Source: Candidatus Rifleibacteriota bacterium (GTDB taxonomy: Bacteria > Muiribacteriota > Ozemobacteria > Ozemobacterales > Ozemobacteraceae). From it: a stretch of DNA of 38,346 nt. Made by a program: the position numbers and the translations under genes. Under the pieces are notes generated by a model. That model had not been told where the DNA came from. It ran no database searches and saw only the letters and a program-made list of their open reading frames with translations. The stretch lies in contig JBNJGH010000025.1 of assembly GCA_051747585.1 (NCBI GenBank), forward strand, positions 1 through 38,346. The letters are read 5' to 3'. This document shows positions 1-8,776 of the stretch, one piece after another; position 1 is the stretch's first letter; each line of letters opens with the position of its first letter.

Positions 1-9
1 CTTTGGAAA

Positions 10-228
10 AGTAATTATCCATTTGTTTGTAGAAACCGTTTCAAGACATTTAGATTGCTTTACTTCGGCTCCGCTCAGCACGGGCGCTTCGCTCGCAATG
101 ACAGCCACAAATTGTCATTGCGAGGAGCGTAGCGACGAAGCAATCTTTGATATGCTCAAATTTAGTACATAACAAAAAAACACAAAAATGTCTTGAAACT
201 CGCTAATATTACTAAATGGACAATTACT
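10..228. mobile_element. MITE/REPIN-like non-autonomous palindromic element, copy 1
   Basis: Terminal inverted repeat AGTAATTATCCATTT (10-24) / AAATGGACAATTACT (214-228), 14/15 match. Inner inverted pairs GTTTCAAGACATTT/AAATGTCTTGAAAC and AGATTGCTT/AAGCAATCT. Central GCAATGACA..TGTCATTGC hairpin. A highly similar inverted copy lies at 34566-34783. Confidence 0.8.
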
Positions 229-315
229 GCCCTTTGGAACATTCTTTGGGCTTAAAATTTTGAGCCTTTGCGCTTTTATTTGTAAGAAAAAACGACGGAT
301 AGAAATTTTAGACTG

Positions 316-1296
316 CTAAAGAAAGGCGTAGAATTCGCGGGGTTGCAGTTCAATTGTGTCATAGCCTCTTTCGCGCAAAAGAAATCGCCTGATATCCTGG
401 CACAGGTGGCATTTGTTCAGATACTCATGTTCCAGCCTATACCCCTTTTCGCATGCCATATCTACCAGACCGCCGGGACCGTAGCGATAAAGCGTATTTA
501 AAAGCGGATATTTTTTGTTATCAAGCACCTTACCAAGATCGCTGACTCTAATAGAAAAACCGCTGCACAATCCCGGAATATAATTACCATATAAATCAAT
601 ATGAAAGTGAGAGGTCTGCAGCAACTCGCTACAACCGGTGCGATCTGAACTCAAATCAACCGCAGACTGCATTTTATAAACATTTTTCAGGAAATTAACA
701 GCTCTTCCGTTTGGTTGTATCCAGTATCTTTTTACCACTGATTCAGGATAGCTTTCACCAAATAATCCGGTAAGATCTTCAATACTAACCGTCTGGGTTT
801 TATCAAAGCGGGCAATATCTTCATAAAAATCGCTTACCCAGGGAAAAACTCTTACACCGGTTTTATTACAGGCATTAATTACACCATCAACCTTGTAAAG
901 GGGAGTAAACTCGCTGTGAAAAGGGCTTATGGAAACAAGTAAAGTATCGAGCCCGGCTTTTTTAAGTCTTTCCAAGGTTTTGCAAGCTGAATCATGATCT
1001 TTAAACCATGAAGAATTTGTCTCTACATATTCAACCTTAACCATTGCTTTAGCAGCTGCTCCAAGCACTTTTTCAAGCCCCTTGATGCTCAAAAGAGGCT
1101 CGCCGCCACCTATATGAACAGAGTTGCAACCCATTTCCTTAATGGTGGAAAAATATCTGAAAGCATCCTGGCCACTTATATAATAATTCTTTCTCTGCGG
1201 AGAGCAGGCATAAAGACAGTGCCTGCATTCAGACGAACACTTATAATTGGTAATCAAACCGCCTGAATTGAGTCTTTTAATTGCAAATTCTGTCAT
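316..1296 (-). CDS. Radical SAM superfamily protein (4Fe-4S)
   Basis: N-terminal CxxxCxxC (CSSECRHC), GGGEP motif, VETN strand, and extra C-terminal Cys (IDLYGNYIPGLC..KCHLC) resembling a SPASM/twitch extension. Confidence 0.85.
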   Translation of the reverse strand: MTEFAIKRLNSGGLITNYKCSSECRHCLYACSPQRKNYYISGQDAFRYFSTIKEMGCNSVHIGGGEPLLSIKGLEKVLGAAAKAMVKVEYVETNSSWFKDHDSACKTLERLKKAGLDTLLVSISPFHSEFTPLYKVDGVINACNKTGVRVFPWVSDFYEDIARFDKTQTVSIEDLTGLFGESYPESVVKRYWIQPNGRAVNFLKNVYKMQSAVDLSSDRTGCSELLQTSHFHIDLYGNYIPGLCSGFSIRVSDLGKVLDNKKYPLLNTLYRYGPGGLVDMACEKGYRLEHEYLNKCHLCQDIRRFLLRERGYDTIELQPREFYAFL

Positions 1297-1387
1297 ATTA
1301 ATTTTTTAAAGTTTTTTTATATTTATATCGAGTCGTGATAGATTGGTCATTAATAGTAACAAATACCAGGACACAGGTAAAACAAAT

Positions 1388-2434
1388 ATGAGCTTATCAA
1401 ACATAGAACTTAAAAATCTTTTAGAGCATCACCAGGTTGCAGGAGTAAGCTTTGCCGTTTTAAGAAACTTTTGCTTCGAATATGCACAGTGCGTTGGCAT
1501 GGCGAACAATCATGAACAGGCCCCACTCTGGCCTGACACCATCTTTCAGGGTGCCTCATTGAGCAAAACAATTGCCACAGCCTTAACTCTGAAACTGAGT
1601 GAAAAGGGAATCATTGATCTGGATGAGCCCATAAACCCTAAACTTAAATCATGGAAATTGCCTGAAAACGAGTGGACCAGAGAAAAACCTGTTACTACAA
1701 GGCATTTGCTCAGTCATTTTTCCGGAATAAACGTGCCCACCTACAGAGGTTATTTTAATGGCGAAACTGTTCCCGCACTTAAAGATATACTTGAAGGCAA
1801 CAAGCTTTCTTACGAACCTGCAATAGAAGTTACAGATCCTGTAGACGAACAGTTTATCTATTCAACCGGCGCATTTGCGGTACTCGAAATTTTACTCGAA
1901 GATATTACCGGCGAGAATTTTGACACCCTTATTAATCACGAGATTCTGCAACCGCTGGACATGAGCCGGACTTTTTTTTATCAGCCGCTTCCAACTGAAC
2001 TGCAAAACAATTGTGCCAGCGGACACCGTTACGATACCGAAGTCGTTGCCGGGAACTGGTTTGTATACCCTACGCTTGCAGGAAGCGGAATCTGGACAAC
2101 TCCAACAGATCTCGCCAAATTTGCCGCAGATTTACAAAGAACCATAAAAACAGATACAGCCGGAATCTTGAAACCTGAAACCATAAAAGAGATGCTTTCT
2201 CCTTACAGCGAGCCGTTTTTTGGTTTGGGCTTCGCTCTTTATCAAGACAAGGGGCCGGGAATGTATTTTGGCCACACCGGCAATACCGAAGGCTTTAGAG
2301 CCATGTTCGTAGCCCACGCCACCAATGGCTGCGGAGCTTTTATACTCGCAAACAGTGACAATGCCGACCCGGTCATAAAAGAAATAATCAATCAAATCGC
2401 AGCAACAGAAAACTGGGAAGGATTTATCTGGTAA
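1388..2434 (+). CDS. Serine hydrolase, beta-lactamase class C / PBP-like family (cytoplasmic)
   Basis: SxxK (ASLSK), LLSHFSG, YST and GHTG motifs. ATG at 1388 is preferred over the TTG at 1343. No signal peptide. Confidence 0.85.
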   Translation: MSLSNIELKNLLEHHQVAGVSFAVLRNFCFEYAQCVGMANNHEQAPLWPDTIFQGASLSKTIATALTLKLSEKGIIDLDEPINPKLKSWKLPENEWTREKPVTTRHLLSHFSGINVPTYRGYFNGETVPALKDILEGNKLSYEPAIEVTDPVDEQFIYSTGAFAVLEILLEDITGENFDTLINHEILQPLDMSRTFFYQPLPTELQNNCASGHRYDTEVVAGNWFVYPTLAGSGIWTTPTDLAKFAADLQRTIKTDTAGILKPETIKEMLSPYSEPFFGLGFALYQDKGPGMYFGHTGNTEGFRAMFVAHATNGCGAFILANSDNADPVIKEIINQIAATENWEGFIW

Positions 2435-3717
2435 TGTCGAAAAAGCATAAACCCGAACTTATGGCACCTGCCGGAGATATGCTGAGCCTTAGAGCAGCAA
2501 TCGATGCCGGAGCAGATGCAATTTACTTTGGCATAGCCTCAATGAACATGCGCTCAAGCGCTAAAAATTTTTCTGCCGACCAGTTGGCTGAAGTAGTTGC
2601 CCAATGCCACCAAAGCGATGTAAAAGCCTATTTAGCGCTTAATACTATAGTTTATGACCATGAATTAAAAAAAGCTGAAAAATTAATTAAAGAAGCCGTT
2701 AGCGCAGGTATTGACGCTATAATTTGCTGGGACTTCGCCATTATCGATCTGGTTTTGCAGCATAAAGCCGTACCGTTTATTTCCACCCAGATGTCGGTAG
2801 CGAATTCAAGATCTATAGCCTTTTTATACAAACATTTCGGCATAAAAAGATTTGTTCTGGCCAGAGAATGCACTCTCGATGAAATAAAAACCTTAAAAGA
2901 AGAATTAAACAATATGCCGGGAAACATCGGCAGTGAAATCGAAATAGAGGTCTTTGCTCATGGTGCAATGTGTGTGTCTTTAAGCGGTCGATGCTTTATG
3001 TCTGAATTTCATTTCGGCAAATCGGGCAACCGTGGTGAATGTAAACAACCTTGCCGCCGAGAATACAAAATTACCGAAATTAGAGACGGTAAATCTTTTT
3101 TAATCGGAAGTAATTACGTCATGAGCCCCAAAGATCTCTGCTCGCTTCCTTTTATCGATAAAGTCTTTGCAACCGGCATCGACAGCCTGAAAATCGAAGG
3201 GCGTGGACGTAGCCCGGAATATGTTAGCACTGTAACTTCATGCTACAGGCGGGCAATCGACTATTATTTTGCGAATCATGAAAAAGAGAATTTCAACGAA
3301 AACTTTAAAGAACTAAAAACATCATTGGTTAAAGAACTAAAATCTGTTTTTAACAGAGGCTTCTCTGAAGGGTTCCTTTTTGGCAGACCGGTGACACAAT
3401 GGACATCGGGAAATGGTTCGAAAGCGACCCATCGCAAAGTGCAGGTAGGGATAGTAACTAACTTCTTCAAGAAACCAATGGTAGCAGAAATTAAGGTAGA
3501 AGGTCACAGCTTCAAACCTGGCGACACTTTAATGTTTCAGGGTAACAAGACCGGAGTAAAAAACCTGACTGTCGAATCTATAGAAATAGAACAAAAACCG
3601 GTAGAAATGGCAGAAAGAAACAGCTTTGTCGGGGTCAAACTTGCTCAAGAAGTAAGAAGAAACGACAAAGTTTATATGATAGTTCCCGTAGAAGAAGTAA
3701 AAGAGGTTCAGCAATAA
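2434..3717 (+). CDS. Peptidase U32 family protein (TrhP/RlhA-like Fe-S RNA hydroxylase)
   Basis: PELMAPAG start, GADAIYFG, STQMSV, LARE, EVFAHGAMCVSLSGRC, NRGECKQPCR, SPKDLC, SLKIEGR, and a C-terminal beta-barrel. Start overlaps the upstream stop (TAATG). Confidence 0.9.
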   Translation: MSKKHKPELMAPAGDMLSLRAAIDAGADAIYFGIASMNMRSSAKNFSADQLAEVVAQCHQSDVKAYLALNTIVYDHELKKAEKLIKEAVSAGIDAIICWDFAIIDLVLQHKAVPFISTQMSVANSRSIAFLYKHFGIKRFVLARECTLDEIKTLKEELNNMPGNIGSEIEIEVFAHGAMCVSLSGRCFMSEFHFGKSGNRGECKQPCRREYKITEIRDGKSFLIGSNYVMSPKDLCSLPFIDKVFATGIDSLKIEGRGRSPEYVSTVTSCYRRAIDYYFANHEKENFNENFKELKTSLVKELKSVFNRGFSEGFLFGRPVTQWTSGNGSKATHRKVQVGIVTNFFKKPMVAEIKVEGHSFKPGDTLMFQGNKTGVKNLTVESIEIEQKPVEMAERNSFVGVKLAQEVRRNDKVYMIVPVEEVKEVQQ

Positions 3718-4164
3718 ATGCAACAAGAGATTGTTATTAGAAGCCCCGAAACCGATGAAGAGTTTGCCGGCTATTACCATGTGCGCTGGCAAACGTTAAG
3801 AGCACCATGGGGTGAACCCGAAGGCAGCGAAAAAGATGAGCGCGATAACGAAACTTTTCACCTGGCTGCCTTTATTGGCAATAAAATAGTTGGAGTTGGC
3901 AGGATACAGAAAAACACACCAACTGAAGCACAAATAAGATATATGGGCATACTTGAAGAATACCGGCGAATGGGTATTGCCCGAAGAATAGTCCAAAGCC
4001 TTGAAAAAGCTGCAATTGATAAAGGGTTCGATTATATTGTTCTGGATGCAAGGCAAAATGCGGTGGGCTTTTATATTATCGCGGGCTATGAAGTTATTGA
4101 AGAAAGCTATCTGCTTTTTGACAGTATTCAGCATTATCGAATGCGAAAAAATTTAAAAAGCTGA
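3718..4164 (+). CDS. GNAT family N-acetyltransferase (ElaA/YiiD-N-like)
   Basis: RWQTLRAPW, AQIRYMGI, acetyl-CoA motif RRMGIA, and LDARQNAVGFY..GY. Confidence 0.85.
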   Translation: MQQEIVIRSPETDEEFAGYYHVRWQTLRAPWGEPEGSEKDERDNETFHLAAFIGNKIVGVGRIQKNTPTEAQIRYMGILEEYRRMGIARRIVQSLEKAAIDKGFDYIVLDARQNAVGFYIIAGYEVIEESYLLFDSIQHYRMRKNLKS

Positions 4165-4197
4165 CTTTCTAATACAACAAAACAGGGAGGAAAAGTT

Positions 4198-4911
4198 TTG
4201 GATAAAAAAACAGCATGTTGCGGTTGTGGTTGCGTTGGTCTGGTTCTTATTGCGGTTGCAATAGGTGTGGGAGGCTATTACGGTTTTTCTTTCCTGCACT
4301 CGGCAGGAAAAGATGTCGCAGCTATATCATTCAATAAAACTATGCAGGCGGTAACGAAAGATGCATTTAATCAAGCTGATCGAAAAGAAATTCTCGAACA
4401 GACTGATCAGGTAGCACAAAAAATAAAAACAGGAAAAATCGGGCTTATCGATCTGTTCAATGAAGGTACAAGACAACTCGAACGGGGTCTTTACAGTAAA
4501 ATTATTTTGCTGAGCTTTAAAAACCACTATTTATTGAATGCCGAAAACAATCAGGACATCGAAAATGCCAACAAGGGCGCCAAATCGGTTAACAGGCTTT
4601 TATACGGTTTAAGCAGTGAGCAAATTTCAACAGACCAGATTGCAAGCATAACAATGAAAATCACAAGCCACTTCGAAGAAAAAGTTCCAGCAAAAGAGGG
4701 CAAAAGCGACTACACGTTCAGCAGTCGCAAGCTTAATGGCGACTTAACAAGCGAAGAAGTGCAAAAATGTGTAAACACTATCGAAGAAATCTGCAATGAA
4801 AATAATGTAGAAATTCCAGAAGACGATTTTACATCCGAAGCTTATGTAAAGCAGGAAATCATGAAAATCTTTGAAAGTCTCAACAAGAGCGATAAAGAGG
4901 AAAAACAATGA
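4198..4911 (+). CDS. Hypothetical membrane-anchored protein
   Basis: Strong RBS GGGAGG before a TTG start. CCGCGC followed by one hydrophobic helix. Stop overlaps the next start (ATGA). Confidence 0.75.
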   Translation: MDKKTACCGCGCVGLVLIAVAIGVGGYYGFSFLHSAGKDVAAISFNKTMQAVTKDAFNQADRKEILEQTDQVAQKIKTGKIGLIDLFNEGTRQLERGLYSKIILLSFKNHYLLNAENNQDIENANKGAKSVNRLLYGLSSEQISTDQIASITMKITSHFEEKVPAKEGKSDYTFSSRKLNGDLTSEEVQKCVNTIEEICNENNVEIPEDDFTSEAYVKQEIMKIFESLNKSDKEEKQ

Positions 4912-5672
4912 CAACAGAATGGCAGGAATTTTTTCAGACAGTAGCATCAAATTACGATGAAGAAATATTTACCCGCGATACGCAAAACGAAGTTGATTTT
5001 CTTGTTAAAGAACTCGATCTCAAACCCGGCGCAACAATACTTGATATTGGCTGCGGAACAGGACGCCACAGCATTGAACTTGCAAAGCGCGGCTACAAGG
5101 TAACAGGAGTAGACTTCTCTTCTGCTATGCTTGCCCAGGCAAAAAGTAAAGCAGAAAAAGCACAAGTAAAAATAAACTTTATAGAGTCTGCAGCCCAGGA
5201 TTTTGTTCCAGAAAAAAAATACGATGCGGTAGTTTCTTTATGTGAAGGGGCGCTATGCCTGTTCAATGAATCTGACAATATCTGGGCAAAAGATATGGCT
5301 ATTTTTGCCAATATGGCCGAAGCCCTTGAACCGGGCAGCCCCTTTCTGGTTACAGTGCTGAATGCTTTTCGTATAATTCGGGAATCTACCGATGAAGATG
5401 TTAAGTCCGGCAAACTGGATCTTTTCACCTTAACTACCAGAGAAGAATTTGCAACTACGACCGACAAGGAACTTAAAATCAGCGGAAGTGGCATTGAAAG
5501 ATATTACACCCCCTCAGAGCTGGTTCGCATGGTGAATAGAATAGGTTTAAAGGTAGACAGCATTTATGGAGGCACAGCCGGAACCTGGAAAGGCGACCGC
5601 TTAAAGCTCGACGAAATGGAAATAATGGTTGTGGGTCACCGCAAAGATCATAAGGGAAAATCAACAAGATAA
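4908..5672 (+). CDS. Class I SAM-dependent methyltransferase
   Basis: Motif I ILDIGCGTGRH, VTGVDFS, and YDAVVSL. Confidence 0.9.
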   Translation: MTTEWQEFFQTVASNYDEEIFTRDTQNEVDFLVKELDLKPGATILDIGCGTGRHSIELAKRGYKVTGVDFSSAMLAQAKSKAEKAQVKINFIESAAQDFVPEKKYDAVVSLCEGALCLFNESDNIWAKDMAIFANMAEALEPGSPFLVTVLNAFRIIRESTDEDVKSGKLDLFTLTTREEFATTTDKELKISGSGIERYYTPSELVRMVNRIGLKVDSIYGGTAGTWKGDRLKLDEMEIMVVGHRKDHKGKSTR

Positions 5673-5689
5673 AAATTTTTTAAAGCACT

Positions 5690-5721
5690 CAAAGGGCTGC
5701 TGATTTTTCAGCAGCCCTTTG
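5690..5721 (+). terminator. Intrinsic terminator hairpin after the methyltransferase operon
   Basis: Perfect 14-bp stem CAAAGGGCTGCTGA / TCAGCAGCCCTTTG, 17 bp after the stop. Confidence 0.75.
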
Positions 5722-5813
5722 CTGATTTTTAGTACATTGAACTATAAATACTGCGCATACCGAAGTCCCTCAGTTCCTTTTTCCAGAGCGGGCTTTAAAC
5801 ACAAAAACAATCT

Positions 5814-5829
5814 TGGCACGCTTATTGCT
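5814..5829 (+). promoter_or_regulatory. Sigma54 (RpoN) -24/-12 promoter
   Basis: TGGCAC-GCTTA-TTGCT is an exact match to TGGCAC-N5-TTGCW. It lies 70 bp upstream of the ATG at 5900, after a terminator. Confidence 0.8.
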
Positions 5830-5899
5830 TCTTGCTAATGCAACGAGTTCTAAGCACAAGTTAAAATAAGTTAATAAGATAACTGGAGGTTGTTTTAAA

Positions 5900-6313
5900 A
5901 TGCGTAAAGTAATCATGAGTCTGGTTCTTGCTCTTAGTCTTTTTGTAGCACCTGTTTTTGCCGGAAATCCGAATCAATCTGGTCAGTCTTCTCAGGTCGG
6001 TCAGTCTAATCAAGCTGGGCAAACCAGCCAATGTGGTCAGCACAAGAAAAAATCATTCTGGAAAAAAGTTAAAAAATCAGTTAAAAAAGCTGCCAAAAAC
6101 ACCAAAAAAGGTTATAAAAAAGGCTACAAAGCCGGCGTAAAAGCTTCAGACGCTGTTCAAAACAAAATCATGGATACAGGCGTAGCCGCGAAAAAAGCTG
6201 TAACCGGTAAAAAATGCAAAACTTTTGTAAAAGGTCACTACAAAAAAGACGGTTCTCATACCAAAGGCCATTTCAGAAAAGTAAAAGGCAAAGGCTGCTG
6301 CAAAAAAAGATAA
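5900..6313 (+). CDS. Secreted, highly basic Lys-rich small protein
   Basis: RBS GGAGG. Sec signal ending VFA. Gln-repeat linker. C-terminal 89 aa contain ~31 Lys versus 3 Asp. Motif VKGHYKKDGSHTKGHFR. Confidence 0.85.
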   Translation: MRKVIMSLVLALSLFVAPVFAGNPNQSGQSSQVGQSNQAGQTSQCGQHKKKSFWKKVKKSVKKAAKNTKKGYKKGYKAGVKASDAVQNKIMDTGVAAKKAVTGKKCKTFVKGHYKKDGSHTKGHFRKVKGKGCCKKR

Positions 6314-6352
6314 ACCAAACCTGAAATTAATTAGAACATAAAAAACTAAAAA

Positions 6353-6386
6353 CAGAGGTTCCCGGAAATCATTTCCGGGAACTCTG
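6353..6386. terminator. Hairpin between convergent genes (probable terminator)
   Basis: GTTCCCGGAAAT/ATTTCCGGGAAC inverted repeat overlapping the GT87 stop codon, with an A-run on the left. Confidence 0.6.
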
Positions 6387-7589
6387 CTCTTTTAAGAATG
6401 ATTTTTGCAAAATCTGCGCTAAGGATACCAGCAACATAAGGTTTGCCCAGAAAAGAAAACCGCCGGCAGAATATCCTTTGTAACTGTCGAAAATGAATAA
6501 AAAAAGCATAGATTGCATTAACAGAGCAATAACCGGCAGAAATAGACGGCTTTTTTCTTTGATTTCGCTCATGAGAAAAACCGCGCAAAAAGGCAGGGCT
6601 ACAAAATAATGAGGCCAGGAAGTATTTATTAAAAATGGAAAAAGTAAAAAACATCCTACTCCGTAAATAATGGTTTCTTTATCTTCATGCTCTTTAATTC
6701 TTTTATAAAAAAGCACAAGAAAAACAAATACCAGAATAAGACCAATAATGGTTAACACACCTTTTGCCTCGGGGTTTAAACCCAGCAACCTTATAAACAC
6801 ATGAGCAAAAAATTGCGAATTAATATCCTGCGCAACCCAGTCCAGGGCGTAAGACATTTCAAAGACTGACTGGCGATAAAACTCCACAGTCTGGGCAAAC
6901 CCCAGAAAACAGCCGGGCAATACAACACCAAGCAAAAACGAAAAAATGAGAAACCATAAAATAAATTTCCATTCTTTTTTAAAAAGAAAAGCTACTAAAA
7001 CAAAAGCCGGATAATATTTTACACATGAAGCCAGTGCCAGAAAGAAAGCAGCTGTTTTAATCTTTCTACAATCGTATAAAATCAATGAAAAAATAGAACA
7101 AAACATCAGCATAATACTTATCTGACCCCAGTTCAGGTTATGATACACCGGCATAGATAAAGCCAAAGAAGCCAGATAAATATAAGAATAGATCTTTCGC
7201 CCTGACTTTTTGCCAAGATATAGCGCTGGTATTAACAACAACAAAGTTAACCAGAAATATTGAAAAAGCTTCCATATTAACAATGCTTTTGCCGGAGCCG
7301 GGCTTAGAATGCCATAAAGCATTAATGCAAAAGTCGGCGTATAAAAGTAACCGCCAACCGGCTCGGGGTTCTTGAAAACAAGCATGGCCGCCGGAAAATA
7401 AAACTGCTGAAAATCGGCATACTTTTGGTTCGGTCTGTCTGTCATGTTGGCTGCATTATCGATGCCGTTGCAAACAAAGCTTAGCAAAGAAATAATTGCA
7501 AGCGTATAAATGCCCATCAGCAGCAGCTCTTTTAACGACCAGAAACTTTTATTCTTTACTTTATTTTCCATGCTGTTTAATACATTCAA
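6369..7589 (-). CDS. Glycosyltransferase family 87 (DUF2029) integral membrane GT-C protein
   Basis: Many TM helices. DF..FY, YFYTPTFA, NLNWGQ, VKYYP and SWPHY motifs typical of GT87. Start may be the ATG at 7571. Confidence 0.8.
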   Translation of the reverse strand: MNVLNSMENKVKNKSFWSLKELLLMGIYTLAIISLLSFVCNGIDNAANMTDRPNQKYADFQQFYFPAAMLVFKNPEPVGGYFYTPTFALMLYGILSPAPAKALLIWKLFQYFWLTLLLLIPALYLGKKSGRKIYSYIYLASLALSMPVYHNLNWGQISIMLMFCSIFSLILYDCRKIKTAAFFLALASCVKYYPAFVLVAFLFKKEWKFILWFLIFSFLLGVVLPGCFLGFAQTVEFYRQSVFEMSYALDWVAQDINSQFFAHVFIRLLGLNPEAKGVLTIIGLILVFVFLVLFYKRIKEHEDKETIIYGVGCFLLFPFLINTSWPHYFVALPFCAVFLMSEIKEKSRLFLPVIALLMQSMLFLFIFDSYKGYSAGGFLFWANLMLLVSLAQILQKSFLKEQSSRK

Positions 7590-7626
7590 AAAATCCTGCT
7601 ATACAATTAAAAAGGTATAATAACCT

Positions 7627-7662
7627 AAAAAAAGAGGGCTGTATCTGCAGCCCTCTTTTTTT
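7627..7662 (-). terminator. Intrinsic (bidirectional-type) terminator after the pheA-like gene
   Basis: A7-GAGGGCTG-loop-CAGCCCTC-T7. Confidence 0.85.
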
Positions 7663-7677
7663 TCTATTTACTCTTAC

Positions 7678-8763
7678 TCATCCATTAATTTCAGGGTAAA
7701 CTCCGCAAACTCTTACAAGAATAGTTTTCTTCTGCAATTCATTCACTATATGTTCAAAAATTTCTTGATTTTCTGGAGCACTGAATTCGATAGCAATAAC
7801 TTTTTTCCACGGTTTATCCATGAAGTTAACTGTCTGAATATCAAAAAGTTTTAAATTAAAGGCATTTAAAACCGCCAGTATTTCCCAGAGTTTTTCATTT
7901 TCACCGTTAACCGCACAAAGTACGGTAGCTTTGAAATTCTGCCCCTTAACTTTTACGGATTCAGCAGCAAAAGTCATGAATTTAACCGGAGAAAGCAATT
8001 CAGACTTAAGATTATTCTCAATGACAATAAAGTCATCTTCTATGTTTTCTATCAACCTCGAAGGCAAAATAGCGGCAATTGGCTTGATGCTCTGCAGATT
8101 TTCAAGGGCCTCCGAGTCAGAGCGACAAATATTTATCTTGGCATCGAAAGACATGGAAACAAAAAAGTCTCTAAGCAACTGCAAAAGCTCATTGGTAACA
8201 CATAGCTCTGAAACTTCTGAAAGATCGTGGGTTCGATTGCTCACCAGAGAAAATTCCGGCTGATAATCGAACTCTTCGACTACAGAAATTTTTCCTGAGA
8301 GCAGGTTTTCTAAAATAGCACGTCGATCGAGCTGAAACTGGGGGGTAATACAGGCAAAACCCAGGTTACCGTTACCAATTTCCGACAGGAAATCATCTAT
8401 AGTTTCAGCATTACGTATCTGTTCTTTTTGAGTGAATCTGGCCAGAGCAGCATCTTCTACCCAGCCGTTTTCCTCGCCAAAGACGCATATTTTTCTCTGC
8501 TGTTGGCGCTTTCGACAAACCGAAAAAATTTGAAAAAAGATCTTTCTAATTTCTTCAGGCTTTATTGGTCCATTGTTCTGCTTCTGCAGCCGATCCAGAA
8601 TTTGCTGCTCGCGCGCACTATCTAGAGCTCTGGCAATTTCAGCTTCATTTTTAGCTGCCAGAACATCTTTTACCAGACCGATACGCTCATTAAGCAATTC
8701 GATCAGACGATCGTCGACATCATCGATAATTTTCCTCAGTTCCTCTAATTTCGCACTACTCAT
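7678..8763 (-). CDS. pheA: Chorismate mutase (AroQ) fused to a divergent prephenate dehydratase-like and ACT domain (P-protein architecture)
   Basis: LEELRKIIDDVD..LLNER..K..D.ARE..Q AroQ motif. Length and layout match a P-protein, ending in an ACT-like VCGVYP. PDT motifs look eroded (see findings). Confidence 0.75.
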   Translation of the reverse strand: MSSAKLEELRKIIDDVDDRLIELLNERIGLVKDVLAAKNEAEIARALDSAREQQILDRLQKQNNGPIKPEEIRKIFFQIFSVCRKRQQQRKICVFGEENGWVEDAALARFTQKEQIRNAETIDDFLSEIGNGNLGFACITPQFQLDRRAILENLLSGKISVVEEFDYQPEFSLVSNRTHDLSEVSELCVTNELLQLLRDFFVSMSFDAKINICRSDSEALENLQSIKPIAAILPSRLIENIEDDFIVIENNLKSELLSPVKFMTFAAESVKVKGQNFKATVLCAVNGENEKLWEILAVLNAFNLKLFDIQTVNFMDKPWKKVIAIEFSAPENQEIFEHIVNELQKKTILVRVCGVYPEING

Positions 8764-8776
8764 TTTTCAATACTCT

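Noticed and set aside
1388..2434. AmpC beta-lactamase resistance gene
   Set aside because: No signal peptide, and YST/HTG instead of YxN/KTG. More likely a cytoplasmic esterase or peptidase of the same fold.
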